This document shows positions 49,500 through 62,019 of a stretch of DNA of 64,000 nt, piece by piece. The stretch spans positions 9,176,001 to 9,240,000 of the forward strand of contig JBHGNT010000007.1 of assembly GCA_043228905.1 (NCBI GenBank), in the 5' to 3' direction. The notes below the pieces were generated by a model that made no database searches, was not told where the DNA came from, and worked only from the letters and a program-made list of their open reading frames with translations. The stretch is from Azolla caroliniana. Lineage: Eukaryota > Plantae > Polypodiophyta. Numbering within the stretch: the stretch's first letter is position 1; each line of letters starts with the position of its first letter. The position numbers and the translations under genes are program-made.

Positions 49500-52400
49500 T
49501 GTTAAGAAAACGTGAAGAAGGCACTCGGGCTCTTCTTATGTGCGCGGCGGATCGTGGTGTGCTAGATCGTTTAATGCTCAAACACAGAAGGGAAGGGGGA
49601 AGGAGACTTACCTCTGTAGCAACCAAAAACTTCTTCTATTTCATTATGCGCAGAGCTCTACTTGCTCTCGTTTGTTTCTCTCTCTTGCTCTCACTCTCTG
49701 AGTTCTTTCTTTCTATTCTCACTATCTCTCTCTCAGAGTTCTACTTCCTGTATATCTTCTTCTTCTTCTTTTCTTACTCTCTTACTTTCTACCTAAGTAA
49801 TAAGTTACTTACGTATGCAGCTAATTAGCTGCCTGTAGCTAATTAGCTATCAGTCGCTAAATAGCTGTCAGTCGCTAAATAGCTGTTAGTAGCTAAATAG
49901 CTGTCAGTCGCTAAATAGCTGTCAGTAGCTAATTAGCTGTTTCTCCTTTATGTTCACAAGTAGCTAAATAACTACTATAGCTTATTTCCCAATAAGCATC
50001 GCATACCATGTTGAGCTTGCTTCTCAACACTCCCCCTCAAGCTCAACTTATCCTTTCTTGGGGTTATCTACAGCTTCTTTTTCATGATGCTTTTCAGCCA
50101 TCATATCAATGTCTACAACTCCCATCATGTTCCGAAATTGTGTATGCTTTTCCACACTCAATCCCTTTGTGAGAATATCAGCAACCTGCTGATTTGTATT
50201 CACATACACCAGATCAACTTCTCCTTCAATCACTTTTTCTCTAACAAAGTGATAATGCACTTCAATGTGCTTTGTTCTTGCATGGAACACAGGGTTCTTT
50301 GCAAGTTGAATGCTGCTCATGTTGTCACACCAGATTGTGACAGTACCGTCTATATACTCTCCCAAATCAGCAAGCAATCTTCTAATCCATACCTCTTCAC
50401 AAGTGGCTATGGCAGCTCCTCTGTACTCAGCTTCAGTACTAGACAATGCAACAGTAGCCTGTTTCTTGCTACTCCATGAAATACCTGCACTTCCCAATGT
50501 AAAGATATATCCACTTGTGGATCTTCTATCTGTTTGGCTTCCAGCCCAATCAGCATCTGTATATCCTTCCAGATTTATGTCCAAATCAGCCTTGTAAAAC
50601 AATCCATAGTTTTGAGTAGCTTTTACATACCTCAGAATTCTTCTAATGCAGTCCAAATGCGGCTTTGTTGGCTGTTGCATAAATTGGCTAACTAATCCAA
50701 CTGCATAACTCAAATCAGGTCTTGTTATGGTCAAATAAATAAGGCTGCCCACCATAGACCTGTACATGTTTACATCTTCTATTTTGGCTCCCAAATCAGC
50801 CCTCAATTTGCAGTTTTTATCTAGTGGTACTCCAATAGGTTTGCATCCAAGCATACCATACTTTTTCAACATAGTTGTTGCATATTGTCTTTGCAACACA
50901 CATATACCACTTTCAGATCTGATGATTTCAATACCCAAAAAATATCTCAGATCTCCCAAATCTTTCATATGAAATTTCATTTCCAAATTTCTTTTCAGCT
51001 TACTTATCTCATCCATGAAATCACCTCCAATGATGAGATCATCAACATAAATCAGAATCACAACCATACAATCATCTTTCCTTTTAACATACAATGATGA
51101 ATCAACCTTTGACATTTTGAAGTCAAGTTTTTTCAGATAATCTGAAAGTTCCCTGTGCCATGTTCTTGGTGCCTGTTTCAGTCCATAGAGAGCCTTTTTC
51201 AGCTTACATACATAATCTGGATGCTTCCTATCTTCAAAACCTGGTGGTTGAAACATATACACTTCTTCTTCCAAGTTACCATGTAAAAAGGCATTTTTTA
51301 CATCCATATGATGAAGAAACCATCTTCTGGCTGCACCTACAGCCAGTAATGTCCTCAATGTTGCCATCTTTGCAACCGGTGCAAATGTCTCATCATAATC
51401 AATTCCTTGCATTTGGGCATATCCCTTTGCAACCAATCTTGCTTTATGTCTACTTACATTCCCACTGGAATCATGCTTTGTCTTGTAGACCCATTTGCAA
51501 CCTACCACATTTTTTTCTTTTGGTAACCTCACCAAATCCCATGTTTTGTTTTCAGCCAATGCATCCATCTCTTCTTGCATTGCGTCCACCCATTTCTTCT
51601 CAGTTTTAGCCTCATCAAAGCTACTTGGATCAGGGATCTGTACCACCTTAGACATGTATGCATAATGCATAGCCATGTATGTATCATAACCAAATCTTTC
51701 AACAGTTTTTTTCTCTCTATCTGATCTTCTCAGTTTCTGATTTGCATCCTTCAATGCTTTTTCCATACCAGGGATTTTCAATCCTCTTATACCAAGAAGA
51801 TCATCCAATGACACATCTGAATCCTCATCTTCCATGTTTTTAGACAAGTCATCCAACATTTCATACTCTGGCATTTTCTGTTTTCCTTTTTTATCATCAC
51901 ATTTTTTGTGTCCTCCACTTTTTCCACTCCAAGAATTTGAATCAGATTTACCATCTAAGCTTTTTGATGGTCCAGAACATTCTGTTGATGTTGGACTTTG
52001 CTGTCCAACCTTGCTTCCATCTCTGTGGCAGTCTTCTATGTTTTCAGATTTGTCTTTGTCTTCAATCTCATTGTCTTCATCAGTCTCTGGATTCTGTTTT
52101 GGACTATACCAGCTGGCTAACTCATCAAAGATTACATCCCTACTTGTCACAATCTTCTTTGTTACAGGGTTATAGCATCTATACCCTTTTTGTTCTTCTG
52201 AATAGCCAACAAAAATACATTTTTCTGCCTTTGGATCCAACTTACTTCTTACTTCTGCAGGCACATGTACATATGCAAGGCATCCAAACACTTTTAAGTG
52301 TTCTATACTAGGTTTCCTTCCATAGAAACACTCTTCAGGAGTTGCTTCATGTACTCCCGATGTTATACATCTATTTAGAATATAATTTGCTGTATTTACA

Positions 52401-55087
52401 GCTTCTGCCCAATAGTACAATGGCATATTCTTCTCTGTCATCAAAGCCCTTGCAATGTTCACCAATGTTCTGTTTTTCCTCTCAGCAACTCCATTTTGTT
52501 GTGGAGTATATCTACATGTGAACTGTCTTCTTATTCCCTGATTGCATAGAAAATCAGAAAATTCATTGGAGAAATACTCTCCTCCTCCATCAGATCTTAA
52601 ACATTTTATTCTTGTACCTGCTTGCTTTTCTACCATGCATTTAAACTTACGAAAACATTCAAACACTTCACTTTTCTCTTTCATGAAGTACACCCATGTT
52701 TTCCTTGAGCAATCATCAATAAAAGTTACATAAAATTTGCAGCCACCGATAGATGCATTCTTAGTTGGTCCCCATACATCCGTATGTACCAAATCCAACA
52801 AATTTTTACTTACATGTCTTTCATGAGGGAATGGCAACCTATTTTGCTTTCCATATTGACATGCTTCACATATCTTTCCCATTTCACAATTTTTCAGTTT
52901 TGGCAGTCCAGCCACTGCATCTTTTCTCAACATATTCTTTAGGGTTTGCATACTTATGTGGCCAATCCTTTTATGCCACATTTCCACATCTGAGACTACA
53001 CTCATTCCATTTGCAAACATAGCTGAAATCTGTCTAGGCATGTCAACATCCAAAATAAACATTCTTCCTTGTCGTTTCCCTTTTGCAATGAGCTTCCCAT
53101 TCTTTTCTATATAGCATCCACTTTGCTTAAACTTTACTTGCATACCTTGCTCTACTATCTGTCCGACAGAAATCAGATTCTTAGCAAGATTTGGAACATG
53201 CATTACATTCAACATATACTTAGTCTTTCCTTTTTCTTCCCACAATGGAATATCTCCAACATGTTCTATTTGGTGAGTACTATTATCACCCGTCTGTACA
53301 TAGCCAGGAATCTCTGGTTCTCTCAACCTTTCAAACCAGTTTGCATGTCCAGTCATATGGTTAGATGCCCCCGAGTCTACATACCATGTAAACTCTTCAT
53401 TACATTTCTGTGAGCTTTCAGCCACTGCTGCTATCTCATGTTGTACCACAAATGCACCATCTTTTTCACAATCTTCACTAGTTTGGGCATAGTTATTCTG
53501 CTGTCTCTTTCCTCTTTGCTCATCATTTTGCTTCTTGTAACATTCAGCCTGTGTGTGGCCTGGTTTTCCACAATACCAACAGCCATCATCATTTACATAT
53601 GTTTGCTTACCTCTACCTTGGTTGCTCCCCCTGCCTCTGTTGTTGTTTCTTCCTCTAATGGTTTGTTGTCCTCTTCCTTGATAACCATTATTGTTGGTTC
53701 TTGCTGAGCCAAATCTTCCATGGCCTCTTCCTCGGCCTCTTCCGGCACTATTATATAGGGCTTGCCCCTCATTCTCAAGATTTCCTTTATTTACATCATC
53801 CATCTGATTCCTTTCTTCTACTACAAGCATTGAAACCAGATCTGAGAAACTTGGGATACTATCCCTTGTAAGCATAGAGGTTTTAAAGCTTTTGTATTGG
53901 GGTCCCAAGCCTCTCAAGCATATTTCTACCTTATCATCATCTTCTATCTTTACATTGATAGAAGCAAGTGATTCACATATGCTCTTTATTTTCAAGGCAT
54001 ACTCATTTATTGACATCTTACCTTTTTCTAAGGTATTTAGCTCAGTCTTCAACTGTAGCTTTCTAGCTTTTGTGTTTACTGCAAACAGTTTTACCAAACT
54101 GTCCCAAGCTTCTTTTGGGAGCATAGCATCATGTATGTGCCCAAGCATCGAATCTGAGATGCTAAGTGAGAGCCAATGCATTACCTTCCTTGCCCCTTGA
54201 TTCCAATCTTTGAATGCTTTAATCTATGCTGCTGTGGCATTTTCTTCTGGGATCCCTGGAGCCTCTTCTAGGTCTCCTTCAATGTAATCCCAGTATCCTT
54301 TCCCCATTAGGAAATTTGTCATTCTAAATTTCCACGCCGGGAAATTGTTTTTATCTAGTTTCTCTGTAACTATTTGGCCCGCATTCTCTGCAGCCATTAT
54401 CTCTTCCAACCTAGGTTTTCTGTTACAATTACTTCAACAAGTAACTTTCTGATTCAGATCAGCAAACAGAGAAATACCTTTCTCAGATCTATGCACTTTT
54501 GTACTCTTCTTTATGAGCAACTCTGCTCTGATACCATGTTAAGAAAACGTGAAGAAGGCACTCGGGCTCTTCTTATGTGCGCGGCGGATCGTGGTGTGCT
54601 AGATCGTTTAGTGCTCAAACACAGAAGGGAAGGGGGAAGGAGACTTACCTCTGTAGCAGCCAAAAACTTCTTCTATTTCATTATGCGCAGAGCTCTACTT
54701 GCTCTCGTTTGTTTCTCTCTCTTGCTCTCACTCTCTGAGTTCTTTCTTTCTATTCTCACTATCTCTCTCTCAGAGTTCTACTTCCTGTATATCTTCTTCT
54801 TCTTCTTTTCTTACTCTCTTACTTTCTACCTAAGTAATAAGTTACTTACGTATGCAGCTAATTAGCTGCCTGTAGCTAATTAGCTATCAGTCGCTAAATA
54901 GCTGTCAGCATCTAAATAGCTGTCAGTCGCTAAATAGCTGTCAGTTACAGCTAAATAGCTGTCAGTCGCTAAATAGCTGTCAGTAGCTAATTAGCTATTT
55001 CTCCTTTATGTTCACAAGTAGCTAAATAACTACTATAGCTTATTTCCCAATAAGCATCGCATACCATGTTGAGCTTGCTTCTCAACA
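49500..55087 (-). mobile_element. Copia LTR retrotransposon (inner, near-intact). LTRs 54537-55087 and 49500-50029, TSD GGAAG, inserted in the gag of the outer Copia
   Basis: TSD at 49495-49499 and 55088-55092. PBS TGGTATCAGAGC at 54525-54536, PPT at 50030-50037. The LTRs are almost identical except for the copy number of an ~19-bp repeat. Confidence 0.98.
50048..54409 (-). CDS. Copia gag-pol polyprotein (Gag, CCHC, PR, IN, RT, RNase H) with a single in-frame TAG at 54224-54226
   Basis: ORFs 54224-54409 and 50048-54181 share a frame. Motifs WYVDSGASNHM, RSDGGGEY, YVDD and YTDADWAG. Confidence 0.93.
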
Positions 55088-56072
55088 GGAAGCTCCCCCT
55101 TCTTCCGAAGGTTCCTCGATGGCTTCCGTGAAGGTTTGATTTCTCTTCGTGTGATGAGTCGAATTGACCTCTTCTACCGCCGTGACCTCCTCCTCGGCCA
55201 CCGTCCGAATTTGAGAAGAACATTTGTCCTTCTGACGTCTTGCGTTTGGTTCGAACGTAGTTCTCTTCGACCAATACCATTGATTGGAGGTCGAAGAATG
55301 AAGGAGGGTTTTCTCTCGCTAAGATTGTCGTCCGTAGTGGATCGAATATTTGTGCGAGGCCGCCCAAGCATACTTGAACCATCTCGTCTTCGTCGATGTT
55401 TATTTTGATGGAGCCAAGCGAGTTGCAAATGCTCTTGATCTTGGCGGTGTAGTCTGACATAGACATGTCTTTTTGCCGAATGTTGTTCAACTCTTGTCGG
55501 AGTTGAAGCTTTCGAGCGGTCGTGTTGGCGGCGAACATTTTCTTTAAGTTCTCCCACGCCTCTTTGGGCGTCTTGGCGTCTCGAATGTGGCTAAGCATGT
55601 GGTCGTGGACGCATGTTGCCAAGCAATACATGACTCGACTCGCCGCTTGCTCCCATGTTGCATCGTCGGCATTTTTCAAGTCGGGTCGATTTTCTTGAGC
55701 GTCGTTGATGTAGCTCCAATACCCTTGTCCGACGAGGTATTGGGTCATCTTGTACTCCCAAGATGAATAATTGCTCCGGTCTAGCTTTTCACTAGGGAGC
55801 GAGCTACCCATTTGTGTGTTCATGTTGATTGTGTCTTCTCTTCTTTTGCTTTTCTTCCTTCGATCATGTACACGTGCTACGTAGCAGCACTACGGTAGCC
55901 GATAACCGGATTTTGTCGTCGGCGTCTCGAACACACAATCACGGAGTCGGGTGGGCTTAGTGGATTTTCTAAACCACACGCTCTGATACCATGTTAAGAA
56001 TTAGGTAAGTAATTAAGCAAGGATTAATTAGTACCTAATTATGTGACTAGTTGATAAACGAAAGATTAAGTG

Positions 56073-56158
<86 letters not shown>

Positions 56159-56479
56159 CACTTATGAAGAACACAAGATGGGGGATGAGTAAGTATATTA
56201 AATTAGCATTATCATCATCATCAAATACAAAAATACCCACAATGAGGTATATATACATCTCATGTGCAAAGGTGCACATGTGTGAGTAGAATATAGGTAC
56301 TAATGTGTAAGTCCTATATTAAATGTACTTAGGAGTGGAGGATCTAGAATATCCCACCTAAGTACAAGGTCCTATTTAAGGCGTTATAGTCAACACTTCT
56401 AACTAGATTATATCTAGGTAACTACGAAGTTACATTGTTGACTAACTAACTAAACTAAGTTGAGCTTGATCTCTCAACA

Positions 56480-59400
56480 GTAATCTACAATAATGTTATA
56501 CGAGGAGTTCAAGATTATGTTCGAAATCCTCACAAATTTTCAACATTCCAAATTTTCCAGTGAGGAGCCCGACTCATTAATGAGGAGCCCAGCTCATATT
56601 AAAAGAGGGAGCCCTACTGATTAATGAGAAGCCCGGCTCATATCAAAAGAGGGAGCCCTATTGATTAATGAGGAGCCCGACTCATATCAAAGGAGGGAGC
56701 TCGACTAATTAATGAGGAGCCCGACTCATATCAAAGGAGGGAGTCCGATTGATTAATAGGTAGGTGCCCAACTACGTGAAATGATGGCATTGCAACGATC
56801 ATACTAACGATCACACTAAATTGATTCATTGCTAGTCACTAACTCATTCACTAAGAGCTGAAATCATTCACTTCATTCACAGTTTATTAATCACTCGCAC
56901 TGATTTCATTCACCGTAGAGATTAATCAAACCACAAATTCAATAATTCATGAATTGTTGGCATTCTCGATCATTCACTAAGAGTTGAAATCATTCTCGAA
57001 GTGCTGAAATCATTGAAGAAATTGAAATCATCCACTTCATTCATGTGCCTTATTGATTATGTTCGAATTCATTTGAACTTCAATCATTGGCATTCATTTG
57101 AGTTCATTCACTTTATTCATTAGCATAATTACTCACATTCCCTTCACTTGCCATAGTAATCGACCACAACCATCTATGGAGAGCACAATGCATCATGTTG
57201 TGTTTGCCATATCGGAAGATGAATTGGAGGATACATCATGGTCGTCCGGTGCATCGTTTGTATCTAAGGATGAATTAGAGATGCCTTTTGAGTCATTTGA
57301 TTCCGATCATGAGGATGAGGTAGTGGATCCCTTCATGTATTGTTCCCCTAGGTATTTTGCATTCTCAAGAGGCACATATGATTTTATGGTTAAAGATTTA
57401 TTGGGAGAAGTTAAAGTAACATTAGAAGCATTACGTGATGTCGCAAGGGGTGCACCTCTCAATCTCCATGCATGGAGGCCCATGAAGAGTCGTCTCATAC
57501 TTGGGAATGCAAGTGCAATCTACCTTAAGGCATCACCTAATCTTCAAGTAATATATGTCGAGAAATGGAGGGAGGTAGTATTAGCGTCACATGGTGACGC
57601 ATCACATCACACATATTCAAAGACTCTTAAAGAGTTAAAGCAAGATTTCGCGACTGATGTATGTGATTATGGCATCACAATGGAGAATGTAAAAGCACTC
57701 ATTAGAAGTTGTGGTTGCCAAATGGTGTCGAAGGTTGACATGAACGAAGGCTTGGGATTGAGCATGGTCAAATATAACAAGACCCTACCCATAGAAGTGA
57801 TAATTGTAGAAACCCACTAATTAGATGCTATGCTCACGGATTTGCAAACCAAGTATCATACACGCTTAAGGAAAGGAGTCAAGAAGGCTATGCGTGTGAC
57901 TAGGTATAGTTATCATCGTGCTGGGACATCTTGACTTGCGTCTAATTCCACTCGACAACGCAGGTGCACATCTCTATGTGGGTGTACATTCCATGTGGAC
58001 ATTAGAATGAATGATGGGGTCGACAATGAGACACTGTCCATTTCAATATATGGACCTCATAGTGGTCATGTACCATGTAGTAGGTCGGATGTGTACCATT
58101 TGCCAGCACACCCCAATGTCATTAGTTGTTGCAAAGATGACCTATTTACTGTTGGGTTTGCAAGGCATGTGGCACGAATGAGCATGCATAAGGAAGCATA
58201 TCATAAGTCCAAGGCTAGTCCATTAGAGCTTGTAAGCTATAGGTTCTTTATGATACCAAAGGAGGTCCATAACATGACAAATAAGTTAAAAATCGGGAGT
58301 GCCATGAAGCAGGTTGATTGGTCTTTGATGATGCAAGATGCCTATGCACTCCGAGATCTTGGGGAAGTGGCTCATGTTCAACCCTACTTGCATAGTGAAC
58401 CAAGATCTCATGCTAGACAACCATTTATCTTGATACTTCAAGATCAATGGATGTTGGAAATGTGTGAGCGGTTGACCCTAAACAACTCTTGGGCAATCAA
58501 CTCGACATTTAAAACAAACCAATTCGGGCTGCCATTATATGCGGTTGTTGCCCCCAATGCCATGGGAATTGGGATCCCATTATGGTACATGCTTTGTAGT
58601 TCTGATAAGGGGTCAAACCATGAGCAAGTTGCATTAGAAACTTGCTTGAGAATTATATTCGCAAGGATGCCCACGGTGAGGCCAAATGCGATAGTGATTG
58701 ATAAATGTTGGACATCATATAATGCCATAACTAATGTGGTTGCAATAGACCGTCAATCATGGATTGTTATAAATGATCAACGATCACAAACACATTGTCG
58801 ACTTTTGTTGTGTCAATTTCACGCCAAAAATTCATGGGTTCACGGACAACTTGTTGCCAAAAGTAAGTACAACTGAGAGAAGCCATCTTTATCAACAAAT
58901 GTGCCAACTGATGCAATGCATTACTAAACCTGCATTCAATGTGATGTGTGAGGAGTTAAAGGTGGAATATGCAGACAAGCCCGGTGTTTGGCAATATATA
59001 GAAGGAGGATGGTGTGGTTTGACATGAGTGTGGAGTAAACTCTGGCCCAAGTTTGGTAGAATGTTCAACCACAGACATGTTGACACTACCAATGTTGTGG
59101 AAAGACATTGACAATTTATCAAATATACTACCTTGAGAGGGAGAATAAACCGATCAATTACGGATATTGTGCATGTCTTAATCGGGAACAGTGAAACTGG
59201 CACTTGCATCGGAGGAACGGTCATAGAATGGTAAAAGCAACGACAATAAATATGTGAGAGTGGTCGATTTGCACCTCGTGCAAATTGTAGGGATCAAAGG
59301 TCCCGACTTAAAGAGGCTGAGAGAATATTGGAAAGGTATTTCAATGAAACTTCCACAATGCATATTGTGGACGAGGCCCGATATTGGTTTAGAATCTTGA

Positions 59401-60715
59401 GCATGACGACTCCCACTCTATGGTATAATGTCTCACTCCAATGCTCATATTGTGATTGCCAAGACCTTGCGGGTAAATGTAAGCATTTACTAGGTATCCG
59501 AATGATTATTGTGCGGCATATGCCACATTTATGTGGCTCATTGCCTTTTATAGATCATGCGACCCAAATGCGAATGGACCATAATACAAAAATAGAAGTG
59601 GAGACAAAGGTAGAACGAGTTGGGGAGACAAACCCCACAACATCAGAGATTGAATCAGTGAAGTCCAAAATACAAACGGTCGAGGAAGCACTTCAATGTC
59701 TCAAGCAAGGGTTAGGAACCTTTGACCATGCAACTATTTTAGAATGCATACAAACATTGGAAGATATGACTGAGAAGGTGTATCGTGTTGGCACACCAAG
59801 ATCAACCAATGAAGAAGATGGTAGATCAATAAGTCGTAACCAACAAACCGGTGCCAAAAGAAGTGCAACAATAGATATCTCGCAAGAACTTATTGGCAGC
59901 TCCCCAAACACTTCCAAATCCCACACTGGAAAACTACAAAGAGGTGCAAGTAGGGCAAGGAGGCGATTGCCAATATGTGACCATGAAAAGGTTCGGTGTT
60001 TGCGTTGCAATAGCTTGACCTTGACTTCAAGAGACTCGATTGTTACATGTTGTAAAAATTGTGGTTGCATTTTGCTATCACCTAGACATGAGCTATAATT
60101 GTTATATGTAATGTTTGTATTCATATTTTATTTTAGGTTTCCAAGTCTTGGATTATTCCCATTATCAATATTTAACGTTCTAACCTTTTATGTAAGACTT
60201 TTTATTTGAATCTTTGAGTTGATTTGTTATTTGAAGCTTGGAGATATAAGTTTGTGTGATTTTTGAGTTTTAAATTTTAATGTTTTAAGAGCAATTGGAA
60301 GTTTAGGTTTTTTTGAGTAATTTAATGTATCATTTTCATGGCAAATATATGTTGTACACTTACAATTTTTTGGAGTTTTCTATGTTTGTTTCTAAGTCGA
60401 GCTCCTGCCTTGAGTCGGCTGGGCTTCTGGTGACAGAGGTTGGCAGACAGTGGGGCTCCTTTTGATAGAGTCGAACTCTTGGTGATGGAGGTTGTCTGGC
60501 AGCGGGGCTCCTTGTCACAGAGTCGGGCTCCTGGTGATTGAGGTTTTCAGACAGCAAGGCTCCTTGTGACAGAGTCGGGCTCCTCGTGACAGTCGTTGTC
60601 AGCTTTTTTATCCAGATTGGATGGTGGAGATTGCACACGCCATCAACGGTGCGACCTGCCCCGTCCGCACCCGCGATTCCCTCACTTGCCCTCTTAAATA
60701 TTTGGTAGTAGTTAG
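56480..60715 (+). mobile_element. MULE/SWIM DNA transposon copy 2 (transposase pseudogene 57176-60098; right TIR about 60605-60715). The left part probably continues left of the Copia pair and may include the Ulp1 remnant
   Basis: N-terminal C..C..HSGH finger, catalytic-core motifs NSTFKTN, IVIDKCW, LLCQFH and DTTNVVERH, SWIM CSYCDC..CKH, several stops. An ~45-bp GAGGAGCCCGACTCA array at 56560-56760 is mirrored by GAGTCGGGCTCCT copies at 60400-60590. Confidence 0.88.
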
Positions 60716-60719
60716 TTGC

Positions 60720-61364
60720 GAGCGTGTATGTGTATGCATATATCCATATGTCAATGTACATGATTCAATGTATATGAATGAGTGATTGTAATATATGCAT
60801 ATTATGCAATGTATGTATGTTTGTATGTGTAACAGTGTATGCATATATGCATACATGAGTGTGTGGATGTTTGTTCGTAATATTTATGTATATATGTATG
60901 TACTGCAGTTTGTGATGATATGTATGTACATATGTAATGTATGTATGTGTATGTAACGTATTTATGTATATGCATGTATGTTATGTATGTATATATGTGT
61001 ATGGATGTATGTTTGTAAAACTTATAACATTGTAGGCATATGTATGTATATGTATGCATATATGTATATGTCAATATACATGATTCAATGAGTATGAATG
61101 TGTTTGTAATATGTGCATAATATGTATGTATATATCCAATGTATGTATGTGTATGTGTATGTATATGTGTGTGTGTGTATGTAGTCATATGTATGTAAAT
61201 GTATGAATGTATGTATGCGTATATATGTAATGTATTTATGTATGTATAGTTTTGGGATATTTTCATGTTTAGTATGTATATGGCTGGTATATGGATGTAT
61301 GTTTGTAATATGTACGTAATATGCATGTATAGATCCAATGTATGTGTAAGTATACATATACCTA

Positions 61365-61409
<45 letters not shown>

Positions 61410-62015
61410 CATGTATGTAAGTATTGTGGTTTGTATGGTCCAGTATAAACTATATATATGGTGATATGTGGAATATATATTTACATATGTAATATATCTA
61501 GGAAATTGGTAAATTCACAGTTTTTTCCGTATTTTCACAGTTTTTTTGGGGGGATGGAATCTAGCTATTCTTCCAAAGAAGCTATGATCGAAGCTCTCAA
61601 AGCAGAACATGCTCCAATTGTTAATAGACCGTTTTGAAACAGTTTTTACGTTCATTTGTAGTGCAAATAACCATATTTCTGAACGGAAAAAACTGTGAAA
61701 ATACGGAAAAAAACTGTGAATTTACCAATTTCCTATATCTATGTATGTATCTATATATGTAATTTATGTATGTGTAATTTTTTATATTGTGTAATAGGTA
61801 TGGATTATATGCTATGTAATATCTAATTTATTTATGTGTGTGTGCACGTGTATATATATGTAATATATGTAACTTGTTTGCAAGGATGAAGATCTGTATA
61901 CATATAATATGTAATCTTAGGTATTAATATGTGTATGTGTATATATATAATATGTAATTTATTTTTTTGTGTTTTGTATGTACATATATATGCATTTATG
62001 TATGTATATATATAG
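60720..62015. repeat. (TATG)n/(TG)n/(TA)n low-complexity tract
   Basis: Read directly. Confidence 0.9.
61501..61733. mobile_element. MITE (233 bp) with TIRs of about 47 bp and 8-bp TSD TATATCTA, probably Mutator-like
   Basis: GGAAATTGGTAAATTCACAGTTTTTTCCGTATTTTCACAG.. and its inverse. TSD at 61493-61500 and 61734-61741. Confidence 0.88.
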
Positions 62016-62019
62016 GAAT

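Larger units (their letters stand above)
46860..56479 (-). mobile_element. Copia LTR retrotransposon (outer). LTRs 55992-56479 (5') and 46860-47337 (3'), TSD GTAAT. gag-PR-IN present, RT/RNase H absent
   Basis: TSD at 46855-46859 and 56480-56484. iMet PBS at 55980-55991. gag starts at 55823. Zinc knuckle, protease and GAG-pre-integrase at 48515-49474, integrase to about 47860. The sequence jumps from EPKS..RWVE directly into the 3' UTR and PPT (47338-47345). Confidence 0.96.

Noticed and set aside
49376-49828. Duplicated hydrophobic ORF (also 54374-54865) resembling a membrane protein or env
   Set aside because: It is an antisense reading of the CT-rich LTR, duplicated only because the LTRs are.
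54224-54226. Programmed stop-codon readthrough in the Copia gag
   Set aside because: The stop sits early in Gag rather than at a gag/pol boundary. A CAG>TAG transition is the simpler explanation.
56560-56760. Short repeat-spacer pattern resembling CRISPR (also 3540-3710)
   Set aside because: The spacers are homologous to each other, and the motif is mirrored at the other end of a transposon.
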